Below, in pieces: positions 51,870-62,839 of a stretch of DNA of 64,000 nucleotides. The stretch lies in contig JBLIMJ010000003.1 in the NCBI GenBank assembly GCA_047638595.1, positions 11,710 through 75,709 of the forward strand, written 5' to 3'. Every line of letters begins with the position of its first letter. Position 1 is the stretch's first letter. A program made the position numbers and the translations under genes. The notes beneath the pieces were generated by a model. It searched no databases. It saw nothing but the letters and a program-made list of their open reading frames with translations, and had not been told where the DNA came from. The DNA is from Acidimicrobiales bacterium. Its GTDB lineage: Bacteria; Patescibacteriota; Minisyncoccia; Phycocordibacterales; UBA918.

Positions 51870-52838
51870 CTACAGTTCTGATTCAGCCTTGTGCATCGCA
51901 TCAATAATCGGTTGGAGTTCTCCACCTAGTGTTGCTTCGATGGTGTGCCACGACTCCTTGATGCGGTGATCTGTAATTCTGTTTTGTGGAAAATTGTATG
52001 TGCGAATTTTCTCTGACCGGTCTCCTGTTCCGATTTGATTACTCCGCACCTCGGAATGCTTTCGTGCTTCTTCTTCTTCATGGCGCGCCTCCAGCTTTGC
52101 AATAAGCATCGCCATAGCTTTTTCACGGTTTTTTAGCTGTGAACGGTCGGACTCACATCGTACATCCAATCCTGTTGGTCGATGGACTACACGTACTGCT
52201 GTTTCTACCTTGTTCACGTTCTGACCTCCTGCTCCACCAGAACGAGAAAACTCCATATCAATATCACCCGGGTCGATTATGATCTTTGGTTTCTTTCGCA
52301 TTGGGAGCACTGCTACTGATGCAGTGGAAGTGTGAATTCTTCCTTGTTTCTCAGTACTAGGAATCCTCTGTACACGATGCACACCAGTTTCAAACTTGAA
52401 TGCGTCGTATACTGCTGAAGAAAGAATCTCAAATGCTGCCTCCTTATATCCTCCCATAGTTGCTACTGATTTATGCTCTGCGGTTGTTTGCCATCCTTTG
52501 TTCTGAGCGTATGTGAGATACATAGCAGCAAGCTCTTCAGCAAAAAGAGCGGCCTCATCGCCTCCTGCTCCTGCACGCACTTCAAGCATAACGCCATATG
52601 GCTTTGCTTCCTCCTCTTTAGTAGATTCAATAATCTTATCCATCTCATCAAACTGGTTCTGAAGCTGTACTTCTAGTGTTTCAATTTCCTCTTTAGCCAA
52701 TTCAGCCATCTCTGGATCAGAGTCCGCAAGTTCACGAGCATCTACGAGTTTCTGTAATTCAGCATTATAAACAGACAATAAGTACTGTGTCTTGTGGTTG
52801 TTTTTAAATTCTTCTAGTTTATCTTGATCGTGTTCCAT
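51870..52838 (-). CDS. prfA: Peptide chain release factor 1
   Basis: AGAGGDEA, ETGVHRVQRIPST (PxT), GAGGQNVNK, DRSEKIRTYNFPQ. Confidence 0.96.
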   Translation of the reverse strand: MEHDQDKLEEFKNNHKTQYLLSVYNAELQKLVDARELADSDPEMAELAKEEIETLEVQLQNQFDEMDKIIESTKEEEAKPYGVMLEVRAGAGGDEAALFAEELAAMYLTYAQNKGWQTTAEHKSVATMGGYKEAAFEILSSAVYDAFKFETGVHRVQRIPSTEKQGRIHTSTASVAVLPMRKKPKIIIDPGDIDMEFSRSGGAGGQNVNKVETAVRVVHRPTGLDVRCESDRSQLKNREKAMAMLIAKLEARHEEEEARKHSEVRSNQIGTGDRSEKIRTYNFPQNRITDHRIKESWHTIEATLGGELQPIIDAMHKAESEL

Positions 52839-52946
52839 AATAATATGAATTCCATAGTACGCTAAGTTTTCTTTTTTACCAACAAAAAAGACTCACTGGT
52901 ATACATCGATACCTCATGAGTCTTTTTTGATAGTAAAGATAGATAG

Positions 52947-53201
52947 TTATTTCTTTTTCTTCAAAGCTCGATTTTTGAATCGCTCTACTCTACCTGCAGT
53001 ATCCATAACTTTTTCTTGTCCCGTATAGAATGGGTGTGTATCACTTGACACATCAACGCGTACTAACGGATATTCGTTACCGTCTTCCCATTTATCCGTA
53101 TCGTTTGATGCAACTGTAGAACCTACAAGAAAACGAGCATTACTTGAGTTATCGTGGAAGATTACCATTCGGTAGTTTTCTGGGTGAATATCTTTTTTCA
53201 T
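52947..53201 (-). CDS. rpmE: 50S ribosomal protein L31 (type B, no Cys)
   Basis: [29 protein letters not shown]. Confidence 0.96.
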   Translation of the reverse strand: MKKDIHPENYRMVIFHDNSSNARFLVGSTVASNDTDKWEDGNEYPLVRVDVSSDTHPFYTGQEKVMDTAGRVERFKNRALKKKK

Positions 53202-53351
53202 AAAATGTTTTTGTGGCCACGGCTTAGTACGCGACCTTTGTAATGCGGCATACTATACCAGAAACCATACAATAAGCAATGTCTCGTGAACAATACCCCC
53301 GTCCACTGTCTCTCTTGCAAGAAACTGTAGATATTCTGTCTTATCGTTAAA

Positions 53352-54716
53352 CTATTGAGACAGCAACACCCTGATGTCGCCGTCGAGTCGCGCTTTGCGT
53401 TTCATAACTCCATTTCCATAAAAGGCATTTTCTGGATTATTAGCACCACCCCATCCAGCGTAATAACGCAGAGCAGCAGTTCTATCGCTGTTATAGTTTC
53501 CATTGGCACCATTATCTCGCAATAGTAATCCAGTTGCTAAAAAGGCATCCTGATTACTAAACGGATTACCTGCAGAGGATTTACCCAGTAGCGTTCTAAT
53601 CGCATCTTGCGATCGTATATATGTATACCGTCCAGCCGCATCTTTTTTAAATCCTCCATAAATTGCCCACGTGCTTGGAATAAATTGAGATGGCCCCATC
53701 GCACCACCCCACCCTATGCGACTTCCATCACTTCGACGCAGTGGGCATGAAACCTGCTGTGTTGCCGGGTCAAATCCGATTTCTTCAGCTATCGCTAAAA
53801 AGGGTGGTTTATCCCTGTCTGGATGCATAATGTCTTTTCCTAAAGAAAGATCCCCCATAGTACAACCGCCGATATTACTTCCATATGAGGACTCCTGCTC
53901 AAGAATTGCAAGAATTAACGCTGCTGGAGTACCAGTCATATCTTCTGACATCTGTGCATACGCAACTGCATCAGGAAATGGTATAGCGGCACCTCCACCA
54001 AGCAACTTAAAGAGTTGTGACTTAAGCTGTGCAGCTGATTTTTGCTGTGATATGAGCAATTCTTGGTATGCTTGCTCTTCCCCTTTTGTTACTACCAAGA
54101 TTCTTTCTTTCGCTGCTTCTTGTACTTCAATATTTTTCTTCTCAATCTCTTGTGTAATTTTCATCTGTGCCTCATTCAACTGCTTACCCTCCAGCGAGTT
54201 CTTCTGTGTTTGTGTATCTAACTTTATCTCCTTAAGTGCACTTAATGAATTATTGAGAGATCTCTTAACTGTACGGAAACTCTCCACTTCAGCAAAGAAT
54301 TCTGAAAAATTCGCATTACTCAACATAACCTCAACTAAAGAGAAATCATCCACAGCCTGCGTCTTTCTGATAAGTTCTGCCAATGAATTACGCTGTTTCT
54401 CAAGTCGTTCATTGAGAATGATAATAACCTCTTCTTTTTCATCAATCTGATTCGATAACTGCTCAATCACAACAGTACGTGCTCTGATGCCTAGCTGTGC
54501 TTCAGTTATTTCCGCATCAATAATATTAAGGTCACGTTCCAATGACTGCCGTTCCGACTTCTTATTATCAACTAACACTCGTTGATGGAGGATCTGTCGT
54601 TCCACTTGCTGAAGTTGAGCCTCTAAGCGCGCACGACGTTCAGTGTCAGTTTCAGCAAAAGCAACGTATGGGAGAACCATACTCATACAAACGAAAAATG
54701 CTGCAAATCTCTGCAT
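53352..54716 (-). CDS. Secreted coiled-coil protein with C-terminal lytic transglycosylase domain
   Basis: Signal peptide, CwlO/EnvC-like coiled coil, AILEQES and GAMGPSQFIPSTW motifs. Confidence 0.85.
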   Translation of the reverse strand: MQRFAAFFVCMSMVLPYVAFAETDTERRARLEAQLQQVERQILHQRVLVDNKKSERQSLERDLNIIDAEITEAQLGIRARTVVIEQLSNQIDEKEEVIIILNERLEKQRNSLAELIRKTQAVDDFSLVEVMLSNANFSEFFAEVESFRTVKRSLNNSLSALKEIKLDTQTQKNSLEGKQLNEAQMKITQEIEKKNIEVQEAAKERILVVTKGEEQAYQELLISQQKSAAQLKSQLFKLLGGGAAIPFPDAVAYAQMSEDMTGTPAALILAILEQESSYGSNIGGCTMGDLSLGKDIMHPDRDKPPFLAIAEEIGFDPATQQVSCPLRRSDGSRIGWGGAMGPSQFIPSTWAIYGGFKKDAAGRYTYIRSQDAIRTLLGKSSAGNPFSNQDAFLATGLLLRDNGANGNYNSDRTAALRYYAGWGGANNPENAFYGNGVMKRKARLDGDIRVLLSQ

Positions 54717-54805
54717 AGTGGGGTAAGTATATCACTCATGTGCACCTTGCTGCAAAAAAGCACCTATCGTATAGACAGATGCTTTTTTATACAAGGTGTA
54801 AAGCT

Positions 54806-55438
54806 TTATTCAGATACTTCCGCTTCACCTCCTGCCTTCCCTTTCTCTTCCACTTCCACAGCATCCATATCAACTGCTTCCACTTCTTCAGATTCTTCTT
54901 CACGAGCAGCTGAAACTGAAGCGACAACAGCATCAGGTTCTGCGCTTAACGTAATGTCGTCAGCAATTTTTAAGTCTTTTACTAAGATTTGTGACTGCTC
55001 ATCAACAAGTACCGTGATGTCTACATCAATATGTGATGGGAGTACCCCTGGACGGCAGGTAACCTCTAATTCATGCAATACTTTTGTGACAGTTGCTCCA
55101 GTTTTTTCAATTGGTGCCTCTCCGACAAATTCCAGCGTTACATTGGTAGTAAGTTCTTTACCTCGTTCAATAGCGTAAAAATCTACATGTTCAACACCTC
55201 CCTTTTCTGCATTGAAAGCTACGTCATGAACTAATACTTCAATCTCTTCATCTAAGCCAACGAGACTAATAATCGTTGACTCCCCAGCTTCATGTAATGT
55301 CTTTTCAAACACGATTTTACTTACCGTGATTGAAATTGGTTCTTGCTTTGGTCCATATACAATTGCAGGAATATTTCCCTCAGAACGTAACGTTTCTACA
55401 TTCCCTTCTCGTTTTGTAACTTCTAGTTTTGTTGTCAT
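54806..55438 (-). CDS. rplY: 50S ribosomal protein L25 (CTC type)
   Basis: LRSEGNIPAIVYG, HVDFY, C-terminal beta domain; start ATG 55438. Confidence 0.95.
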   Translation of the reverse strand: MTTKLEVTKREGNVETLRSEGNIPAIVYGPKQEPISITVSKIVFEKTLHEAGESTIISLVGLDEEIEVLVHDVAFNAEKGGVEHVDFYAIERGKELTTNVTLEFVGEAPIEKTGATVTKVLHELEVTCRPGVLPSHIDVDITVLVDEQSQILVKDLKIADDITLSAEPDAVVASVSAAREEESEEVEAVDMDAVEVEEKGKAGGEAEVSE

Positions 55439-55555
55439 ATGGGCAATACCATAACATACTCCCAAAAAAGCTCAATCCCATATGATGCACCTGTATTGCT
55501 TGTACTCACACATTAAATAATGTGAACCTGGTGCGGTACGTTATACTATATGTAT

Positions 55556-56560
55556 ATGTCAGAACAATATGATTTTGTCGCCATCGGCGACATGGTAGTT
55601 GACGCCTTCATTAAGTTGTCAGGAGAATACGCGACGGTATCAAAGAACCTTGATACGGGCCGCAAAACACTTGAGATGAGTTTTGGAAACAAACTGCCTT
55701 ATGAAGATGTAACAGTAGTTAATGCTGTTGGAAATTCACCCAATGCATCGGTAGGAGCGCATCGTCTTGGTTTAAAAACTGCATTAATTTCAAATGTGGG
55801 CCATGACCGTAACGGTACTGACTGCTTAGAGAAGCTACGTGCCGAAGGAGTGCACACTGAATACGTAAAAGTGCATGAAGGTAAAAAAACCAATTACCAC
55901 TATGTACTACGCTATGGACCAGAGCGAACCATCCTTATTAACCATGAGCAGTACCCATATGTACTTCCTGATTTTGAGGTACCCCCTCGCTTTATTTATT
56001 TTTCATCAATTGGTGAACATGGTATCGACTATCACTTTGAAATCGCAAAATACGTAACTGAACACCCCGAAACAAAACTGGTATTTCAGCCGGGCACGTT
56101 CCAAATAAAACTTGGTGCCGAGAAACTTAAGGCACTTTACGAAGTAACTGACATATTCTTCTGCAATAAAGAAGAAGCTCAAACTATTCTTAATACACAA
56201 GAACAAGATGTACCAACACTCATTCGTGCGTTTAAAGAACTCGGACCAAAAATGCCCGTAATCACTGATGGCCCTGAAGGAGCATACGTAGTCGACGAGG
56301 ACGACCAAGCATGGCATATGCCTATGTATCCAGACCCTGCCCCTCCAGAAGATCGAACTGGTGCAGGTGATTCATTTTCATCAACATTCACCACTGCTAT
56401 AGCACTTGGGATGACTCCTGCAGAAGCTTTGGCATGGGGACCCGTTAATTCAATGAACGTCGTGCAATACATCGGTGCACAAGAAGGACTTCTGACACGA
56501 GAACAGTTATTAAAGTTCCTCGATGAAGCACCTGAAGTTTACAAATCTAGAAAGATATAA
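55556..56560 (+). CDS. PfkB-family carbohydrate kinase
   Basis: GNSPNASVG, VITDGPEGA, DRTGAGDSF. Confidence 0.92.
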   Translation: MSEQYDFVAIGDMVVDAFIKLSGEYATVSKNLDTGRKTLEMSFGNKLPYEDVTVVNAVGNSPNASVGAHRLGLKTALISNVGHDRNGTDCLEKLRAEGVHTEYVKVHEGKKTNYHYVLRYGPERTILINHEQYPYVLPDFEVPPRFIYFSSIGEHGIDYHFEIAKYVTEHPETKLVFQPGTFQIKLGAEKLKALYEVTDIFFCNKEEAQTILNTQEQDVPTLIRAFKELGPKMPVITDGPEGAYVVDEDDQAWHMPMYPDPAPPEDRTGAGDSFSSTFTTAIALGMTPAEALAWGPVNSMNVVQYIGAQEGLLTREQLLKFLDEAPEVYKSRKI

Positions 56561-56575
56561 AAATGGTGTAGTCAG

Positions 56576-56610
56576 AAAAATAGCCGGGAGCATCGCTCCC
56601 GGCTATTTTT
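56576..56610. terminator. Bidirectional terminator
   Basis: aaaaatagccgggagc-atc-gctcccggctattttt between convergent genes. Confidence 0.8.
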
Positions 56611-56613
56611 ATA

Positions 56614-57090
56614 TTATCTGACCACACGTAGACTACACTTCTCAATTGCATCCAGCCCATTGCATATAACATTAGTATATTGAGCAGTACCGCGACTAAT
56701 CGAACAATAGTTAGTACCTCCTTTATCCCTCTCAGTATTTACTAAAATTGCCATTGAAAGGAGGTTATTGGAACTGCAGTATCGATACCCTTGATCCCCA
56801 GTGTACAACGGGTCAACAGGGGCCTGACTCAAGTATACACTTAGAGGACCTGAAATATTTGATATCGGAACTGGGATGCCCTCGGTCTCAAGATCATCGG
56901 GGTAACTTCCATTATCACTAAAAAGAAGTTCAGATGCTTTCATAAACTCCCACGCTTGGGAGTACCTTTTTGCGTCGCGACTTTTTATTCGAACCTCATC
57001 AAGAGCCGCCAGTATCACAGTCGACAAAATACCAATAATTGCAATAACTATCAGCAATTCAACCAAGGTGAATCCACGTTGGTTTTTCAT
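56614..57090 (-). CDS. Type IV pilin-like protein
   Basis: MKNQRG|FTLVELLIVIAIIGIL prepilin motif; C-terminal Cys. Confidence 0.9.
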   Translation of the reverse strand: MKNQRGFTLVELLIVIAIIGILSTVILAALDEVRIKSRDAKRYSQAWEFMKASELLFSDNGSYPDDLETEGIPVPISNISGPLSVYLSQAPVDPLYTGDQGYRYCSSNNLLSMAILVNTERDKGGTNYCSISRGTAQYTNVICNGLDAIEKCSLRVVR

Positions 57091-57092
57091 AG

Positions 57093-58079
57093 TTAAGCAA
57101 GAACCTTATTAACTTTCTCAATAATCGATAATGTGTCCATTCCATAGTGGGCAATGAGCTCATCTGGCTCTCCAGACTGACCAAATGAATCATGTACTCC
57201 CAAGCGGACTATTCGTTTGGGATTGGTTTCACTTATGTACTCAGCCACTGCTGACCCTAAACCTCCTGCAACCTGATGCTCTTCAACAGTAACCAATACG
57301 TCATGTTCGTTTGCAAAGGTATCCAATGCTTTAGTGTCCAATGGTTTAATAGTCGTCATACTCAATACCGATGCACCCACTCCTTGTTCATTAAGTTTTT
57401 TGGCTGCCTCAAGTGCATTGTGTACCAACGTACCGGTTACAATGATACCTACAGTTTTTTCGTGTGTTGCTTCTTTCTCAAGAAATACTTCAGCCTTTCC
57501 AATCTCAAAAGGAGAATCTTCGGTTGTGACCACTGGTGTTTTTTCTCGTGCAAGTCGTATATATACTGGTCCCGTATGTATCGCTGCAGCGAGTATTGCC
57601 TTCTTCGCTTCAATGGCATCACAAGGCGCCAAGACAACCATACCTGGAATCACACGCATGATGGCGATATCTTCAATCGCTTGATGTGTCGCTCCGTCTG
57701 GGCCTACAGACACACCTGCGTGCGCACCAATAATCTTTACATTCGATTCGTTATACGCAATAGTCGTACGAATTTGTTCCCAGCTACGTCCCGGAGAAAA
57801 CATCGCATACGATGCGATAAAAGGAATCTTTCCTACTGCGGCCATACCCGAAGCCACTGATGCCATGTTTTGCTCTGCAACACCTACTTGAACAAATCGT
57901 TCAGGGAATGCATCCGCAAATACGCTGGTACGAGTTGAACCTGTTAAGTCACACGCTAACGCGACAACGTTGGGATTTTTCTCTCCAGCTTCTTTCAAGC
58001 CATCCCCATATCCATTACGATTTGGTACCTGTTGAACATCAGGGGTACATATTCTTTTATCTAAGTGTTTTGCAAACAT
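57093..58079 (-). CDS. Transketolase, C-terminal (pyrimidine-binding) subunit
   Basis: GVAEQNM, GPDGATHQAIED, VEEHQVAGGLGS. Confidence 0.93.
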   Translation of the reverse strand: MFAKHLDKRICTPDVQQVPNRNGYGDGLKEAGEKNPNVVALACDLTGSTRTSVFADAFPERFVQVGVAEQNMASVASGMAAVGKIPFIASYAMFSPGRSWEQIRTTIAYNESNVKIIGAHAGVSVGPDGATHQAIEDIAIMRVIPGMVVLAPCDAIEAKKAILAAAIHTGPVYIRLAREKTPVVTTEDSPFEIGKAEVFLEKEATHEKTVGIIVTGTLVHNALEAAKKLNEQGVGASVLSMTTIKPLDTKALDTFANEHDVLVTVEEHQVAGGLGSAVAEYISETNPKRIVRLGVHDSFGQSGEPDELIAHYGMDTLSIIEKVNKVLA

Positions 58080-58084
58080 AATAA

Positions 58085-58978
58085 TTATGAATCTGATGGA
58101 TTAATCATACCTCCCAAGGTACGTAGCTTCTCAAGCGCTATCTCAGCTTGCTCACCTTTAGGTACGCGGTCTTCAGGACCTTTACCTGGAGGATTACCGT
58201 GCCAACGGAAATCACGCTCAAATACATCTACTCCTTTGGATGAAATAGTGTGTGCAATAATCACTGAAGGCTGAGAGTAGATGCTCTGTGCTTTCCCTAT
58301 TGCGTCGTTGACCATGCGAATATTATGTCCGTCTACTTCTTGAACATCAAAGTTAAATGCTTCAAACTTCCCTCGTAGTGACTCAAGTGGCATGACATCA
58401 CGTGTATAGCCATCTATTTGGATACCGTTACGATCTACGATAACTACCAAGTTGTGAAGTTGTTCTTTACCTGCAAGCATAGCAGCTTCCCAGATCTGTC
58501 CTTCGTTGAGTTCCCCATCGCCAGTTATACAATATATAAATTTAGACGTGTATGGGTTATCCATTCGTTCTGCAATAGCCATGCCGACCGCCTGTGACAG
58601 TCCACTACCAAGTGGTCCAGAGCTTGTTTCAATACCTGGTAAGACCGTGCGGTGAGGATGTCCTTGGAGACGTGATCCAAACTTACGGAGTGTCATAAGC
58701 TCTTCCACGGGAAAATATCCAGAATGAGCCATAGCTGCATACAACACCGGACAAATATGCCCCGCTGAAAGCACTAATCTATCCCGCTCTTCCCAATCGG
58801 GATTCTTTGGATCATGCTTGAGTACACTAAAGTACAACAACGAAAAAATGTCAGCCATATCAAGTGGCCCTGCAGTGTGTCCTGACCCGGCTGCAACAAG
58901 CATCTCAATGATACTCTGACGAATTTCGTTGGCTTTTACTTCTAAATCCCTTACTTCAGTATTTGAAAGATAATACAT
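58085..58978 (-). CDS. Transketolase, N-terminal (ThDP-binding) subunit
   Basis: RDRLVLSAGH, LQGHP, GDGELNEG..DRN. Confidence 0.94.
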   Translation of the reverse strand: MYYLSNTEVRDLEVKANEIRQSIIEMLVAAGSGHTAGPLDMADIFSLLYFSVLKHDPKNPDWEERDRLVLSAGHICPVLYAAMAHSGYFPVEELMTLRKFGSRLQGHPHRTVLPGIETSSGPLGSGLSQAVGMAIAERMDNPYTSKFIYCITGDGELNEGQIWEAAMLAGKEQLHNLVVIVDRNGIQIDGYTRDVMPLESLRGKFEAFNFDVQEVDGHNIRMVNDAIGKAQSIYSQPSVIIAHTISSKGVDVFERDFRWHGNPPGKGPEDRVPKGEQAEIALEKLRTLGGMINPSDS

Positions 58979-59001
58979 GTACTAATAGTATAACGCGTGA
59001 A

Positions 59002-59685
59002 CTAGGTAACCAAAGAGAGTAACTGTTTATAGGAATCAGCTGGATTTTCAGTTTTTGCTATAGCAGAACCTGGTGCAAATCTCGTAACCCCTGCAGCATA
59101 TAACTGTGGCATCGTATTGGCATTTACACTTCCATCAACAGCAATTTCAAGTTCCGGAAACTGGGCACGTAACTCTCGTGCACGCGCGAGTGTCCGTACA
59201 TCAAAAGGCTGACCCTGTTGCCCCACTTCTTTAATACCCATAAGTTGTACATACTCAATCTCATCAATGTATTGCAACACTACATCCAATGGAGTGTCGT
59301 TGGTCAGTGCAAAACCCAATCTATATCCATGCTTTTTTGCATGACTAATAATTTCAGCATACGCTTGCGTACTACCAACATGAATAGCTACCCGTTTCAC
59401 CCCAAGCGTTACAAAGATATCAAGATACTGTTCAGGATTGCAAACCATACAATCCATTTCCAAAGAAAAAGAATCTGTAAACTGAGACAGTTGAGACAAA
59501 GCTGTTACTGGATCTTCTTCCGTGAAAGGCCAAGAAACTAACGGTACAAATTTTCCATCAACAATGTCAACTTGAATCTCACGAGCCACCCCTTCAAGAG
59601 CTTTGCATAAGGATTCAATTTCACTAAAAGATACAGCAGGTAATGATGGGACTACGGTAATAGGCAACATGCTATTTTGTGACAT
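59002..59685 (-). CDS. rpe: Ribulose-phosphate 3-epimerase
   Basis: VDIVDGKFVP, GQQGQPF, IAVDGSVN; pentose-phosphate context. Confidence 0.85.
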   Translation of the reverse strand: MSQNSMLPITVVPSLPAVSFSEIESLCKALEGVAREIQVDIVDGKFVPLVSWPFTEEDPVTALSQLSQFTDSFSLEMDCMVCNPEQYLDIFVTLGVKRVAIHVGSTQAYAEIISHAKKHGYRLGFALTNDTPLDVVLQYIDEIEYVQLMGIKEVGQQGQPFDVRTLARARELRAQFPELEIAVDGSVNANTMPQLYAAGVTRFAPGSAIAKTENPADSYKQLLSLVT

Positions 59686-60130
59686 GTTCTATTTTCTTAA
59701 TACGGCGTACGTGTCGATTGTCTCCAGAAAAAGTTCCCTCAAGCCACTGTGTTACCGCTTCTTTTGCTTCAGTTTCAGTAAGAAACCGTGCCCCTAAAGA
59801 AAGGATGTTCGCGTCGTTGTGTTCGCGTGAGAGTGTAAGAATTTCATCACTCCCTCCGTAATAGGCCGTTGCTCGCACATGAGGAAAACGATTTGCAACC
59901 ATTGCCTCACCTTGACCTGACCCACCTAAAATAATCGCCCGAGATGTGGGAGTCTTTGAAACACTCTTAGCAGCGATGCTAATAAAATCTGGGTAATCAT
60001 CTTGAGTATCAAAGGCCATAGGCCCACAGTCAACTACATCATAGTGCAGCTCATCTCGTACAAACGCCAGCAGAACATTTTTGAGTTCAAAACCAGCGTG
60101 ATCAGTTGCAAAATAAACAGTTGGTTTCAT
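59672..60130 (-). CDS. rpiB: Ribose-5-phosphate isomerase B
   Basis: DHAGFELK, DDYPD, GSGQG, REHNDANILSLG, RHVRRI. Confidence 0.93.
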   Translation of the reverse strand: MKPTVYFATDHAGFELKNVLLAFVRDELHYDVVDCGPMAFDTQDDYPDFISIAAKSVSKTPTSRAIILGGSGQGEAMVANRFPHVRATAYYGGSDEILTLSREHNDANILSLGARFLTETEAKEAVTQWLEGTFSGDNRHVRRIKKIEHVTK

Positions 60131-60133
60131 ATT

Positions 60134-61171
60134 TTATGTTCCCGCTTTTGTATTAAAGAATCGTGCAACTGCAGCTATGTGCTCAACAAGGGTATGTGTG
60201 TAACTTGTCTCGTTGTCATACCAAGCAAGTACCTTTATGAGGTTACCGTCTACCACTCGTGTCATAGCTAAGTCTGCAATAGATGCAAATTGAGCTCCTA
60301 CTATATCTGAAGAAACCAACGGCTCATCGGTTGTAGCAAAAAGAGTGCTCCATTTAGGCTGCGTTGCGGCAGTTCGAAGCAGTTCATTCACCTCCTCAAC
60401 AGTAGTGTCTCTTGATGAAATAAAAGTAATGTCCACAAGTGACCCGACGGGTACTGGTACACGAACCGAGATACCGTCAAACTTCCCTGAGAGATCAGTA
60501 TGTGCCAAGGTTGTTGCGACAGCTGCTCCCGTAGAGGTAGGGATGATATTTTGTGCTGCAGCACGCCCTTTCCGAAAATCTTTTGAAGGCCCATCAACCA
60601 GTGACTGAGTGGATGTGTACGCATGAATGGTGTTTAAAATAGCCTTCTCAATACCTACGGATTCTTTTAAGATAGCGACCAACGGTGAAGTAGCGTTGGT
60701 AGTACAAGATGCATTTGAACTTATATCGCATGAAGACAATACCTCATCATTGACCCCCATAAGTACAGTTGCACCAACCACTCCTGCCGCTTCTGGGTCA
60801 TCTTTGACTGGCCCAGAAACAACCACACGTTTCGCTCCAGCCTCCAGGTGCATTTTTGATTTTTCGTAACTGGAAAAAAAACCTGTTGCTTCGACAACAA
60901 TATCAATATCTAACTTTTTCCATGGAAGCATTTTTGGATCCCGTTCTTGTATAAACGAAATTTCTTTACCGTCCACCACAAGCATCCCCTCTTTGGTTTT
61001 CACTTCGTACTGCCCTCGCCCATATGCAGTATCATACTTTAGAAGATATGCGAGGTTTTCAATATCACCCAAGTCATTAATGGCAACTATTTCAAAATCT
61101 GGATGATTCAGTGCCATCTTAAAAAACGTGCGGCCAATTCTCCCAAAACCATTGATTGCTACCTTTGTCAT
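60134..61171 (-). CDS. gap: Glyceraldehyde-3-phosphate dehydrogenase type I
   Basis: INGFGRIGR, SNASCTTN, NIIPTSTGAA, WYDNE. Confidence 0.97.
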   Translation of the reverse strand: MTKVAINGFGRIGRTFFKMALNHPDFEIVAINDLGDIENLAYLLKYDTAYGRGQYEVKTKEGMLVVDGKEISFIQERDPKMLPWKKLDIDIVVEATGFFSSYEKSKMHLEAGAKRVVVSGPVKDDPEAAGVVGATVLMGVNDEVLSSCDISSNASCTTNATSPLVAILKESVGIEKAILNTIHAYTSTQSLVDGPSKDFRKGRAAAQNIIPTSTGAAVATTLAHTDLSGKFDGISVRVPVPVGSLVDITFISSRDTTVEEVNELLRTAATQPKWSTLFATTDEPLVSSDIVGAQFASIADLAMTRVVDGNLIKVLAWYDNETSYTHTLVEHIAAVARFFNTKAGT

Positions 61172-61243
61172 ATAATGAACTTAATTACTACTTTTATCTT
61201 ATAACTATACGTGATTACCCAAACGTATACACTAAACTTATCC

Positions 61244-62839
61244 TCACTGTGCCGCTGTTTGTTTCCGAATATAGATAAAGTAAATCGTCAAAAGAGTCAG
61301 GAGGAGGAACATAAGAAACGCGAGACTTATCGTACGTGACACGACATTCATGTTACTTATTATTGTATTATCGGTTACTTGTTCCAGACCAAACGTCTGC
61401 TCTGAAAAGATGGTGCCGACTACGTCCGTAAGGAGGTCAGTGGAGAAGTCATACACTGATACATGCACGGAGTACATACCTGTTTCTTTTAATGGTGCGA
61501 ACGTTGCTTCGTACTTTGTCTTTTTACGGTCTACGCGCAAGATATATGAGGACTCCTTCCCTTCTTTATCAGTAAGTGTCACTACGATTGTCTTCAAATG
61601 TTCAGGTAATACTTCGTATGGTATGTATACAGTCACCGGCAAGTGGCTGGCAACTGTGAGAAGCCCTGCTGTCCAAAGGATCTCTTGTTCATTTTGAATA
61701 AAGTATAAATCATTAAAGTCAAAATCAATCATTATGGGATCAGGGATTATTTCTTCTGTAGTAGTTGAAACTTCTGGAGTTGTAGTTGACTGAGTCGTTT
61801 CTGACCCGCCTCCAATATCTTCAGTACCTCCATCAGTAGGCACAGTCTTTTGTACCTTTATAACCGCGCCTGAAGAAATATTACCCATCTCATCATATGA
61901 AAATATTGAATAGTATTGTGCAGAATCACTCGCAAGCGCATCAGTATCTAAAAACGATTCTCCTTTCCCTTCATACATGATGTACCCATCTACTTGATCT
62001 GATGGATAAAAAGAGCTACTGCGCACGATACGTACTTTATCAAAGTCAGCTTCAGGAGGATTTACCCAAGATAGTGTGACTGATTGATCACTTGCCTCAA
62101 ATCGTAGATTATCTACATTCAAAGGTGCGGTCACATCGGACAATACTTCAGTGGTAAAGGTATCTTTAGAGAGTACATACCCCCGACCATTATTGTCGTA
62201 AGCTATGAGCTCATATGCATATTGTGTACCTGTTTCCAAGCCAGTAATAAATGTCCGATGTGTTTTCTTAAAAACATCATTCTGCACAGAACCAAGGTCA
62301 TAAGTGTCACCTTTACCCCAATGTAACGAATACCTTGTATATGTATTTGTCTCCCAATCTATCTGTACCTGTGTTTGATCAATAATGATAGAAAAATCAA
62401 TAAGGCGTGTCAGTAACGAACCTCCTGACGAAGAACTTACTTCAGGAGCTGGTGTCAAAGTTGTTGCAGACGAGGTTGCAGACGAGGTGGAGATGTTCAA
62501 AGCAGCATCATACGCCTGTACATGATAAGTGTAACTAGTACTTTGTGTTAAGCCTGTATCAGAATATGAAGTCAGCGATGTTGTAGCAATTTGTACGGTA
62601 TCTCGAAAAAGTCTGTATCCAACAACCAGCACATCGTCAGTCGATGCATTCCAAGTTATGTCTATCTGTGAAGTTGCAATAGCTGTTGCAACAACGGACG
62701 TTGGTATTGAAGGAGGTGCTAAATCAGTATTATATACATACACGCCTATGGTAATGTCGTCAGATGCAGCAAAAACACTTGTAGTCATCATAAATAAGAC
62801 CAAAAGAATTCCGAGTATGTGTCGGCAAACTATACTCAT
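61244..62839 (-). CDS. Fibronectin type III domain surface protein with C-terminal TM
   Basis: Signal peptide; APPSIPT..W.ASTD..GYRLFRD..YSDTGL..Y.VQAYDA FN3; C-terminal hydrophobic helix + RK. Confidence 0.85.
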   Translation of the reverse strand: MSIVCRHILGILLVLFMMTTSVFAASDDITIGVYVYNTDLAPPSIPTSVVATAIATSQIDITWNASTDDVLVVGYRLFRDTVQIATTSLTSYSDTGLTQSTSYTYHVQAYDAALNISTSSATSSATTLTPAPEVSSSSGGSLLTRLIDFSIIIDQTQVQIDWETNTYTRYSLHWGKGDTYDLGSVQNDVFKKTHRTFITGLETGTQYAYELIAYDNNGRGYVLSKDTFTTEVLSDVTAPLNVDNLRFEASDQSVTLSWVNPPEADFDKVRIVRSSSFYPSDQVDGYIMYEGKGESFLDTDALASDSAQYYSIFSYDEMGNISSGAVIKVQKTVPTDGGTEDIGGGSETTQSTTTPEVSTTTEEIIPDPIMIDFDFNDLYFIQNEQEILWTAGLLTVASHLPVTVYIPYEVLPEHLKTIVVTLTDKEGKESSYILRVDRKKTKYEATFAPLKETGMYSVHVSVYDFSTDLLTDVVGTIFSEQTFGLEQVTDNTIISNMNVVSRTISLAFLMFLLLTLLTIYFIYIRKQTAAQ